From Rhodospirillaceae bacterium (lineage in GTDB: Bacteria; Pseudomonadota; Alphaproteobacteria; Rhodospirillales; UBA2165), in assembly GCA_038127535.1 (NCBI GenBank), contig JAYPHU010000010.1, forward strand, positions 21,786 through 85,785: 64,000 bases of DNA, given 5' to 3'. A program made the position numbers and the translations under genes. Below the pieces are notes generated by a model. It did no database searches. It had not been told where the DNA came from and worked only from the letters and a program-made list of their open reading frames with translations. Positions 56,849 to 64,000 of the stretch are shown piece after piece; within the stretch, counting starts at the first letter, position 1; each line of letters opens with the position of its first letter.

Positions 56849-57129
56849 AAAATTTGGCCTTTCTCAAATTTTAGGACTTAATCTAGCGTACGCGCTTCTT
56901 GCGCAAGCCCGCCATGCTGGTTATTGGTTCAAAGTTACTCGCTCCCGACGATCCGAATGCCACGGCACTCTGCCCTTCCTGATTAGCGGCAAGCACCCAA
57001 CCGACTCCAGTCGAAAGAAATGCGTAATTCGGCCCCTCTAGAATATCGCAGCGATGATTTTACAGGAAAGATCCCCCGCGCTCTGAGTTACCAAGAAATC
57101 GGGCCACCACGCAGGTCATCGATTAGTTG

Positions 57130-57633
57130 TCATAGACAAGCGACGACGTTTTCGCTGTGTGTCGTAACTCGAGTTTGGCGGCCTAAAATATTCAACAATA
57201 TAACAACGCGGTCTTCGTCACATTCGCTTTCAAAAACTCCAAATTGGTCAGCCAATGAGCCATTGAGAATTCGCACTTGGTCACCTGGGCTCCGTGGCAA
57301 AAAGCGATCGAGGCGGATGACACCGGAACTGTCCTCATGTAGTTTAATATCATCGATAAGGTCTTCCGGAATTGGAGCGGGCCCATGGTTATGACAAACG
57401 ATGTGACTTACTCCGAATGTAGAATTGATGGCTCTCCAATTGGAACCAAAAATATCGATTTTTACAAATAGGTATCGGGGAAACAAAGGCGCTTTAACTT
57501 TCTCAACACGCCGGGCATGGCGGCGCATTTTGAAATAACGAGGCAGGTAGACCTCAATATTTTGGCTCATCAAATTGTAGTTCGCCTTCGTCTCACTGCG
57601 AGGTTTTGTATGAACGGCATACCAATTCTTCAT
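57130..57633 (-). CDS. rfaH: RfaH-like NusG paralog (operon-specific transcription antiterminator)
   Basis: MKNWYAVHTKPRSE, APLFPRYLFVKID, FGVSHIVCHNHGPAPIPEDLI. KOW-like PGDQVRILNGSLADQFGVFE ... RVVILLNILGRQTRV. It is collinear by eye with E. coli RfaH. Confidence 0.8.
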   Translation of the reverse strand: MKNWYAVHTKPRSETKANYNLMSQNIEVYLPRYFKMRRHARRVEKVKAPLFPRYLFVKIDIFGSNWRAINSTFGVSHIVCHNHGPAPIPEDLIDDIKLHEDSSGVIRLDRFLPRSPGDQVRILNGSLADQFGVFESECDEDRVVILLNILGRQTRVTTHSENVVACL

Positions 57634-57635
57634 TA

Positions 57636-58385
57636 TTATACCTCGTTATCCGGATCGGATTGCCAGACTGTACGAAGAAGCTTCGGGGCAAATATACGAT
57701 CTCCCGGAAACTTATCCGCGATCTCATCGCATATGGAATCGAGGTCGCCAAAATCCGTGACGATAACGGCATCAATGGATGATGGCTCTGGAAATGTCCG
57801 AACAATCGGGGTTCCACAAAAATCTGAAGAACGAGTGGCGTCATCGTAAATTGCCACTATAGTTACGTCGCTCTCGCGCGCGACCATCAGCGCAATTTCC
57901 GTCAAGTCGGAAAGACCGTGAAGCGACACTCGATGATGTCCCTTTTGCTCGCAACTACCAAATATTTCACTAAGTTCCTTCCGTGCAATACGAAAAAATT
58001 GGAAGCCTTGGCTAAGATATTCCGCAGTCAAGCGGCTTTTTTCGGAGAATCCCCGTGGAGTGAGGTAGTAGGCATAGCGGTTTGCAGGAACCTGCTGAAC
58101 TTTAATCCAGCCCTTCTTAATACAACGTTTTACATAGGCATTAGCGAGACCGAGAGCGATTCCGAGTTCCTTTGCAACTGAACGCTGGCTCACACTAGCG
58201 TCATTAGCAACGGCATTAAGAATGCCCAATGTAATCGCGAGACTGCCATCGGATTTGCCCCTATCGGCATAATCCCGATTAACGTTTTCACTTCCTTCCT
58301 TAAGAGTGTTCATAAAATGAACGTAGCAGGGCCAGCCTGGATCGTCAACTAGATAAAGTTCACCGATCGCGCTGAAATATCTCAC
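57636..58385 (-). CDS. EPS-associated MarR-like winged-helix regulator with a C-terminal Rossmann-like extension
   Basis: wHTH region SQRSVAKELGIALGLANAYVKRCIKKGWIKVQQVPANRYAYYLTPRGFSEK. About 110 extra C-terminal residues (RVSLHGLSDLTEIALMVARESDVTIVAIYDD ... IDAVIVTD). The track start is GTG at 58385, and an ATG at 58313 (MNTLKEG...) is an alternative. Confidence 0.7.
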   Translation of the reverse strand: MRYFSAIGELYLVDDPGWPCYVHFMNTLKEGSENVNRDYADRGKSDGSLAITLGILNAVANDASVSQRSVAKELGIALGLANAYVKRCIKKGWIKVQQVPANRYAYYLTPRGFSEKSRLTAEYLSQGFQFFRIARKELSEIFGSCEQKGHHRVSLHGLSDLTEIALMVARESDVTIVAIYDDATRSSDFCGTPIVRTFPEPSSIDAVIVTDFGDLDSICDEIADKFPGDRIFAPKLLRTVWQSDPDNEV

Positions 58386-58425
58386 TTCCCGCTACAACAG
58401 CTCGAATACGCCTCGTTGAAATTTA

Positions 58426-58455
58426 GTTATAGGCTAATATTGGAAAAATTTTCAA
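58426..58455 (-). promoter_or_regulatory. Candidate sigma70-type promoter for the regulator/rfaH-like unit
   Basis: Minus strand: TTGAAA (58455-58450), an 18-nt spacer, then TATAAC (58431-58426), roughly 40 nt upstream of the GTG at 58385. This is a visual match only. Confidence 0.3.
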
Positions 58456-58462
58456 TTTTCCA
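58441..58462. promoter_or_regulatory. Inverted repeat overlapping the candidate -35 (possible operator)
   Basis: TGGAAAA, then 8 nt, then TTTTCCA. It sits in the AT-rich part of the 438-nt intergenic region, directly upstream of the MarR-like gene. Confidence 0.3.
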
Positions 58463-58823
58463 CTCTTCCTTTTACAAGCGCTTCAATTAAAATCGCCACA
58501 GTTCTAGTTGCTTGGACGGTTGACGAGATCGTTGAGCTCATCGTTTGTAACGGCACCAAAGCGTTGAATCATGAGGCTGGCAAATTCGCCGTGCGCTAAT
58601 CCATCTCAAAATCTCAGCTATAGTCCATGTATCACGCTTTATCGGGTGGACGGCTCCCGCCGCACGAGATCTTGGGTCTCAGGTCAGTGCCAAAACGGCC
58701 TTTTGAGTGATTCTCGGGGAAATTCGACTCACCCCGCAACAATGTTAACGAAGAAAACAAGAGCGGTGTAGAACGACTAAAGAAAATTTGAAGTTCTTAA
58801 TTTTTTGAACGAAACGCGGACTT

Positions 58824-59573
58824 TCAAATCGAACGCCGGAACAGCCTTAGCTTCATCAGATAAAATAAGTTTCGTACCATGAATTTAATAAAGGAATAGA
58901 CAGAGTAGGCCCATTTGGATTCTCCGGCGATACGCTCCTGGAATATGACATCAATGGCGACAATCTCCTTTCCCGACGCGACAGCCTTATCATATGCGTA
59001 AACATCCAACTCATATGTATCGGGCGGACGTCTGAATTCTTCTAAAAAACTGCGATGAAACAATTTCGGTTGTGCGTTGATCTCCTCTAAATGATACCCA
59101 AGTACTAGGTCGGAAAAGAAAGTATGCATCATGGGAAAAATTTTCATTTTTCCACGGTCATTAGTCCTACGCCCCTTACCAAAACACGATTTGGGAGACG
59201 GATGGGCCATGACAGCATCGAACAACCGAAACGGATCCTCCGGCGGGCATTGAAAGTCTGCGTGCGACCATGCCAGATATTCCCCGTCCGCCGCCTTTAG
59301 TCCAGCCATAATTCCGTTACCGTAACCTATGTTGTCGTCGATCCGGATTATACGGAATTGAAAACTCGGATCTTTTTTTTGCTCCGCCTCAAGCATTTCC
59401 AGCGTTCCGTCCGTAGAGCCGTTATCAACGATAATCAACTCACAATTCTCACGATCCGCCATCACCCTGCGATATTCGCCGATCACGCGGGGCAACGATT
59501 CCACTTCGTTGAATGCTGGCAGTACGATAGAAAGCGTCCTCGGTCCGGTCTGTGGCGTTGGCCTTTCTGTCAT
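58824..59573 (-). CDS. GT2 glycosyltransferase, polyprenyl-phosphate sugar synthase type (DPM1/ArnC-like)
   Basis: LSIVLPAFNEVESL, IIVDNGSTDGT, and a C-terminal amphipathic/hydrophobic tail. The ATG at 59573 forms an ATGA overlap with the upstream stop. The track start at 59597 is also ATG. Confidence 0.85.
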   Translation of the reverse strand: MTERPTPQTGPRTLSIVLPAFNEVESLPRVIGEYRRVMADRENCELIIVDNGSTDGTLEMLEAEQKKDPSFQFRIIRIDDNIGYGNGIMAGLKAADGEYLAWSHADFQCPPEDPFRLFDAVMAHPSPKSCFGKGRRTNDRGKMKIFPMMHTFFSDLVLGYHLEEINAQPKLFHRSFLEEFRRPPDTYELDVYAYDKAVASGKEIVAIDVIFQERIAGESKWAYSVYSFIKFMVRNLFYLMKLRLFRRSI

Positions 59574-61120
59574 AAGGGCACGCCATCCCGTTCCCATTTA
59601 AAAACTCCCTTATGCCCCAGCCAGAAGAAAAACTCGTTTAATTCCTCTTCCGTACCTAAATGCACGTAATCGTCAACCGGATAGGCCGCTATATGCCCGT
59701 CCGTCTCGACCCAATGCTTGAAAATATCGTCGACAAGTACCTCTTGTCCGTCTGGTTGAGGAACGTCGCTTAGACTGGAAAACATCTTACCGTCACCGAT
59801 CCAGAAAAACCCCGTTAGTCCCGGACACGTATCGTCTGGGCGAGATTTGACATGAACCGCCGTAATCCGGTCGCCATCGATCGAGACATGGGTGTGATTG
59901 GGTGCTCGTTTCGACTGAGTTAATGACGGTGAAAAAGTAAAAACAACGGCCTCCGGAAGCGTTCTTTCAATAAAATCGGAAAATGCATCGGCATCAAACA
60001 ATCCATAGGCGTCACACGCCGTTAAAAAGAAATCTTGCCGATTGATCAGGGCTTGCCGTGATTCCCATAACGTTTCGAATTGCGACGACGTTTGATGAGA
60101 GATTAGAAAACACTGCGACTCGGCCAGAGGCTTCGACTGACTATCAATTTCCTTCGCAATTTTTTCTGTCGTCAAAATAACGCGTTCGCGCGCCGGAAAA
60201 AAATCGGAAACGAACTCGTACATTGGCCTACCGGCCACGTGAATGAGCGCCTTGGGTTTTTCCGATATTCCGCTCACTCGCGTCCCCAGCCCCGCCATGC
60301 AAACAACGTTTCCTTGGCGCTCTGTTACAGGTAGCCGGCCACCGCGGGACGCTTCGAGTTGTCTCATAACCCGCGACCAGTGCTCGAAATCGGCAAGCTG
60401 TTCGGGAACACCCCAATGAATAAAAAAATCTACCGGCTGCAGAGCCACCGTCAGCCGGTCTGCGACCAATCGATTGAAAGCCAGAGATGGGAAGAACTCT
60501 CCTGCAACCCGCTCATTTTCTTCGATCATATCGGAGATGGCCTTCATCATGATGTGCCCGCGTTTGAAATAAAATGCGCCGACGGATAACGGCTCATCCA
60601 TCCAATCGTCCGTAAACGGCTGCTTTTCCCTGATTTCAGCCATAAGTCCCGGAGCAGAGGTTTCCGGCCTGCAAAATGCGGAAAAGGAATTATCGATCAA
60701 ATGCGGATGAAACCCTTCATGGGTAAACACCATTCCATCCGCATCCAAATTCGACCGGACGTCTTCAAAATTCCATGTCCAAAATATGTCGCAATAAGCG
60801 ACGAAGAACGCTTCTTCGAGCGGCAGGTCGTTGCTCGCCTGATAGATTGAATAAGCCGGGCCGTCTTTGTGCGGTGAAACATAGTGGATTTGGCAATTTA
60901 AGGTGTCGCGCAAAAAGCGTTCCTGTTCCGGCCTTAAAAGATCTGGAGCGGTAATGACAATTCGATGCACATCCTCTGGAAAAGCATCGACCACATATTC
61001 GACCATCGGCCGACCTTGGATCGGAATGAACGGCTTATATTCTTTGAAGCCCCCCTCGCGAAAACGGGATCCCCGGCCAACCATCGGTATAATGAGATTA
61101 AGGGCGGTGGGCGACGGCAT
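59570..61120 (-). CDS. Tandem nucleotidyltransferase-fold protein (two NTP-transferase-like halves)
   Basis: First half: LIIPMVGRGSRFREGGFKEYKPFIPIQGRPMVEY. Second half: VVCMAGLGTRVSGISEKPKALIHVAGRPMYEF. Each half has the GxGxR ... KP ... G+PM pattern. Confidence 0.7.
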   Translation of the reverse strand: MPSPTALNLIIPMVGRGSRFREGGFKEYKPFIPIQGRPMVEYVVDAFPEDVHRIVITAPDLLRPEQERFLRDTLNCQIHYVSPHKDGPAYSIYQASNDLPLEEAFFVAYCDIFWTWNFEDVRSNLDADGMVFTHEGFHPHLIDNSFSAFCRPETSAPGLMAEIREKQPFTDDWMDEPLSVGAFYFKRGHIMMKAISDMIEENERVAGEFFPSLAFNRLVADRLTVALQPVDFFIHWGVPEQLADFEHWSRVMRQLEASRGGRLPVTERQGNVVCMAGLGTRVSGISEKPKALIHVAGRPMYEFVSDFFPARERVILTTEKIAKEIDSQSKPLAESQCFLISHQTSSQFETLWESRQALINRQDFFLTACDAYGLFDADAFSDFIERTLPEAVVFTFSPSLTQSKRAPNHTHVSIDGDRITAVHVKSRPDDTCPGLTGFFWIGDGKMFSSLSDVPQPDGQEVLVDDIFKHWVETDGHIAAYPVDDYVHLGTEEELNEFFFWLGHKGVFKWERDGVPL

Positions 61121-64000
61121 TAGTATGATCGTTTTTGAAGTATGTCCCTGACAGCGCGGTACTTGATCCGGATTTCCTCATTGTCGCTGCCCCTTATAAT
61201 CGACCAGCCGGCGAAAATCTGGCCGCCGGCGTTACAACACAAGCGCAAGGATTCAAGCGTCAGCCCGCCGTCAACCTCTATCAAGAAGGGGCGCCCATCC
61301 CGCCGCGCGTACCAATTGAGTGAGGAAATACGGTTAATGGTAGATTGGTCGAAGATCTGGCCGCCGTACCCGATCGGCACCCCCATCACAACGCACCAAT
61401 CAATACCCGCATCACACAACGTCTGCCAAAACTGGTCGTCAATATGTTGCGACGTCTCGACAATGACCCCGGCGCGCACATCGCGGGACTGGATCAATTG
61501 AATTGCGTTATGAAATTGCCGCTTATTTGCGAAGGCGCGCTCGTGAATGGCTATTCCCGAACAACCAGCATCGATATATTCCTCGAGCGGCGATTTGCCC
61601 GGACTTTGGGAAACATGCGGCTCCTCCATCATGAGATGAGCATGCAACGTCACGCCCGCGAAGGTTTTACGCAGGTATTTCGCCTTCTCCAATCCATTGA
61701 TTTCCCGGCTGATAAACCGGCCATCGCCAGCATCGATATGAAAATTCCGAACACCTTCCTCCCATAGGATTTTAGCGATTTCCTCGAAAGATGGACCGAA
61801 CGGCACCTCTATCAACGAAGCCGAGAATGCATAAGCTGCCTCGGGGTCGCTACGATCCTGAAACGATACTTTCGGTTTGTTCGCTTTCCAACTCAACAAA
61901 GCATCGACGATAGTATCGACATGATTGGGCTCATATCGATAAAACATGTACCGAAAATAGTTGACGTCAATTGGCGTCAAGCGGGGCGAGCGGATTGTAT
62001 CGATAATCGACCTTGCGTGCGCCTTTAACGATTGCAGCAATTGTTTCGATTCGGATACCGGCATCAAGTCCATCCGATCTCGAATTTCGGGCAACATGTA
62101 TTTGGCCCCGGCCGGACCACTCTCGACTTCATCGCGAAGTGTATTCGGCAATCCTTGAACAAGTGTCCTTAAAAAATCGCCGGCAACGTTGACTTTGTGA
62201 CAACCCTTTGTCGCACGCGCTAGAATATCCGGATGAGAATTTGTCGTGCCGTGTAAAACAGCCGAGACGAAATTAAAGCTCTTGATCCTCGAGCCCCAAT
62301 CGACCGCCGCTTCGACAGTAATGTCGCCCGTATCAAAGCTGTGGTGTGTCGTTCCCAAATTCCCGATAATGAGTGTCGGACGTGCATTCACCGCGCCTAC
62401 GCCGCGCGAACGGGCCGCTTCACGGTAAATTTTGGCAAAAGCGAACATTTCGTCGCCGCTCGGAATAAACGTCGAACTATCCGAACCGACGTAATTCAGT
62501 TCGCCAGCACAAACTTCATGGTCAAAAATATAAAGGGATTCTTGCTCGTCGAGCAGATCGGTCGCGTAATTGGCAATTTTACCGAACGCCGCTTCCATCT
62601 CGTCCGAAGACCTGTCTTTAGCGTCGAATAGCGCCGAACCATCGAGCACGAAGTGGGTCACAGCCCCATTGTTGACCGCATCGTGAAGAAACCGCTTTGC
62701 CCGGCCTTTAGGCCGATCCTGGCGAATATCCACGTGATCCAACCCGATACCGAATAGCGGCGGAATCGCCCCTTCCAACAAAATTTTGTCTCGAGCCGCC
62801 GTGAGGACCGCTTTGGACAAATCCAACGCGCCGCCCGAAGGTTTAAGATATCCGTGAACCTCGGTTCCATCCTCATCTGTCTCGCGCTGTCCGAGCGCAT
62901 TCAAGGATCCTTGCAGAACGATCGGCGTCCCCTTCTCTGAAGCCGCGCTGAGATAAGCGTTGCAATCCAGGGACTGGGACCGAATATCATATACATTGGC
63001 GCCAAGAATTGCCGATGCCTCATTTCTCAATGCCAGCCAAAGATAAACCTCGCCGAGAATGGTCGGCGATATCTCAACAAAATTTTCCAACGGAATCTGT
63101 TCCCGTGCCCCATGCGGCACATCGTCCCAGAGTTTATTCACCGGAAGACTTAGGTTCGGAAAATTCTTAAGTATGAATTGGGTCGCCCGCTTTCTAACGA
63201 GGCGCGAGGAATGCATTAGCATCGAAGAAAGTTGGCTGACCATCCGCACCCATTGAGCGCCTCCGCTGTCGATGCTCAAACAAAACAGATGCCCGTCCAA
63301 TATCCTGAATTCGGAGCACGATTTAGATACGAATTGCTCCAACTCAGCCCGCTCAGAATCCAGTATCCGGTCATACCTATTCTGATCCGCAGCAGTTTCT
63401 TCTGCGTCCCCGATACGCTCTGACCAATCCTGGCGGACGCTATCGAACGCGGCACGTAGATCAGCGTTACTGGACCACAGAACAACCAAATAATTTCCGG
63501 CGGAGAACGCGTTGGCACCGCAACATTTAACAATCTCCTTGAAAAACTTTAATTCGGAAAATTTTGAAAATCGATGTATCCAAACACTAGGACCACCGAA
63601 TAGACGCTCCAGAGCCCGAGAGGCGGTAATGTTTTCGTCCTCACGCCCGGTGTAAACCGGATCGAATTCGAACCCCTTGAGAAATCCGGGCTGCATAAAT
63701 GGCGTCGGTGTCAACAGAACAAGCTGATCGCTCTGTGCAAGAGCTCTGTTCGAATGAGGAGTCTGGTCGGTAATACTGAATTGCGCAGACGATGCCAGCG
63801 TGCCGAGTTCGCGATCGAAGCGGAACCGCAAATACCCTGTTCGCGAGGCTGTCTGAAGCAGCAAGCAATCATGGAGAACGTCGATCAGAAGATAGACGCA
63901 CTGGCCATCACAACTGACTTTTACGCCAATTGAAGCCGGGAGATTACGGTGAAAAATGTTGTGAAAGGCATTGGTATGGCCAAGCTCAACAGAACATTTA
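61120..64000 (-). CDS. Multidomain protein: unknown N-terminal region, then a class II (Zn) ketose-bisphosphate aldolase-like domain, then a ribulose-phosphate 3-epimerase-like domain; 5' end probably beyond the right edge
   Basis: Aldolase-like blocks: PIVLQGSLNA, GIGLDHV, THFVLDGS, HEVCAGELNYVG, IIGNLGTTHH, AVLHGTTNS, HKVNVAGD. RPE-like blocks: NFHIDAGDGRF, LHAHLMMEEP, VMGVPIGYGGQ, IEVDGG. The track start at 63864 is TTG, and the same frame has no stop up to nt 64000 (...KCSVELGHTNAFHNIFHRNLPASIGVKVSCDGQCVYLLIDVLHDC-LLLQTAS...). Confidence 0.75.
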   Translation of the reverse strand, partial: KCSVELGHTNAFHNIFHRNLPASIGVKVSCDGQCVYLLIDVLHDCLLLQTASRTGYLRFRFDRELGTLASSAQFSITDQTPHSNRALAQSDQLVLLTPTPFMQPGFLKGFEFDPVYTGREDENITASRALERLFGGPSVWIHRFSKFSELKFFKEIVKCCGANAFSAGNYLVVLWSSNADLRAAFDSVRQDWSERIGDAEETAADQNRYDRILDSERAELEQFVSKSCSEFRILDGHLFCLSIDSGGAQWVRMVSQLSSMLMHSSRLVRKRATQFILKNFPNLSLPVNKLWDDVPHGAREQIPLENFVEISPTILGEVYLWLALRNEASAILGANVYDIRSQSLDCNAYLSAASEKGTPIVLQGSLNALGQRETDEDGTEVHGYLKPSGGALDLSKAVLTAARDKILLEGAIPPLFGIGLDHVDIRQDRPKGRAKRFLHDAVNNGAVTHFVLDGSALFDAKDRSSDEMEAAFGKIANYATDLLDEQESLYIFDHEVCAGELNYVGSDSSTFIPSGDEMFAFAKIYREAARSRGVGAVNARPTLIIGNLGTTHHSFDTGDITVEAAVDWGSRIKSFNFVSAVLHGTTNSHPDILARATKGCHKVNVAGDFLRTLVQGLPNTLRDEVESGPAGAKYMLPEIRDRMDLMPVSESKQLLQSLKAHARSIIDTIRSPRLTPIDVNYFRYMFYRYEPNHVDTIVDALLSWKANKPKVSFQDRSDPEAAYAFSASLIEVPFGPSFEEIAKILWEEGVRNFHIDAGDGRFISREINGLEKAKYLRKTFAGVTLHAHLMMEEPHVSQSPGKSPLEEYIDAGCSGIAIHERAFANKRQFHNAIQLIQSRDVRAGVIVETSQHIDDQFWQTLCDAGIDWCVVMGVPIGYGGQIFDQSTINRISSLNWYARRDGRPFLIEVDGGLTLESLRLCCNAGGQIFAGWSIIRGSDNEEIRIKYRAVRDILQKRSY

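Noticed and set aside
56849-57129. 281-nt leader after the rfaH-like gene, searched for ops/JUMPstart; also a 10-bp palindrome CTTGCGCAAG (56898-56907) and GGCGGGCTTGCG
   Set aside because: There is no acceptable ops match (GGCGGGCTTGCG loses the TAG core). The palindrome is short and isolated. I found no terminator-like hairpin with a U-tract. The gap is unexplained, but I cannot support a specific feature.
58715-58736. GC hairpin CGGGG-N12-CCCCG downstream of the GT2 gene as a rho-independent terminator
   Set aside because: On the minus strand it is followed by AGAATCACTCAAAAGG, with no U-tract, and the stem is only 5 bp.
1-64000. CRISPR arrays, tandem/direct repeats, IS elements, integrases, tRNA/rRNA genes, toxin-antitoxin or defence-system genes
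   Set aside because: None was found on visual inspection of either strand. The window is almost saturated by the glycan genes. I could not run repeat-finding or tRNA-scanning software, so short or degenerate elements could have been missed.

Overview
The whole 64-kb window is a single co-directional (minus-strand) surface-glycan biosynthesis and decoration super-cluster of about 55 genes. I see no rRNA, tRNA, CRISPR array, transposase or integrase. Every plus-strand ORF in the track looks like an antisense shadow of a minus-strand gene. Genes are tightly packed: about a dozen junctions are 4-nt ATGA/GTGA/TTGA overlaps and several more are 1-nt TAATG-type overlaps. Only three long non-coding gaps interrupt the run: 53481-53814, 56849-57129 and 58386-58823.

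Recognisable modules:
- A legionaminic-acid-type nonulosonic acid pathway (NeuB/NeuC/NeuA-like, a CBS-nucleotidyltransferase, a DegT aminotransferase) with an acetamidino-forming WbpG/HisH/HisF trio.
- Two extra KdsB/KpsU-like CMP-ulosonate synthetases.
- A phosphonate module: LicC-like nucleotidyltransferase, an HEPD/MPnS-family oxygenase with an MPnS-like residue pattern, and an Fe-ADH. No PEP mutase or phosphonopyruvate decarboxylase is present in the window.
- A sulfation pair (APS kinase plus sulfotransferase).
- An MBOAT plus SGNH O-acylation pair.
- Five radical SAM enzymes, three of them B12-binding. One of the others has its twitch/SPASM-like Cys domain at the N-terminus.
- At least six SAM methyltransferases.
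- Two DPM1/ArnC-like GT2 enzymes and a further membrane-anchored GT2, plus one GT-C membrane transferase.
- Three large orphan GT-B-like paralogs.
- A Maf/DUF115-type transferase.
- An MsbA/PglK-like ABC exporter.
- A regulatory island: an EPS-type MarR-like regulator with a Rossmann-like extension, followed by an RfaH-like NusG paralog.

An ops-like element (TGCGGTAGCTTG, sense strand) sits in the 334-nt internal leader. Both edge genes are truncated by the window: an unlisted cupin ORF at the left, and a class-II-aldolase/RPE fusion at the right whose frame stays open to nt 64000. All functional calls rest on motifs read by eye, with no database search. The host is probably a Gram-negative, proteobacterium-like organism, inferred from the RfaH-type and EPS-MarR-type regulators.
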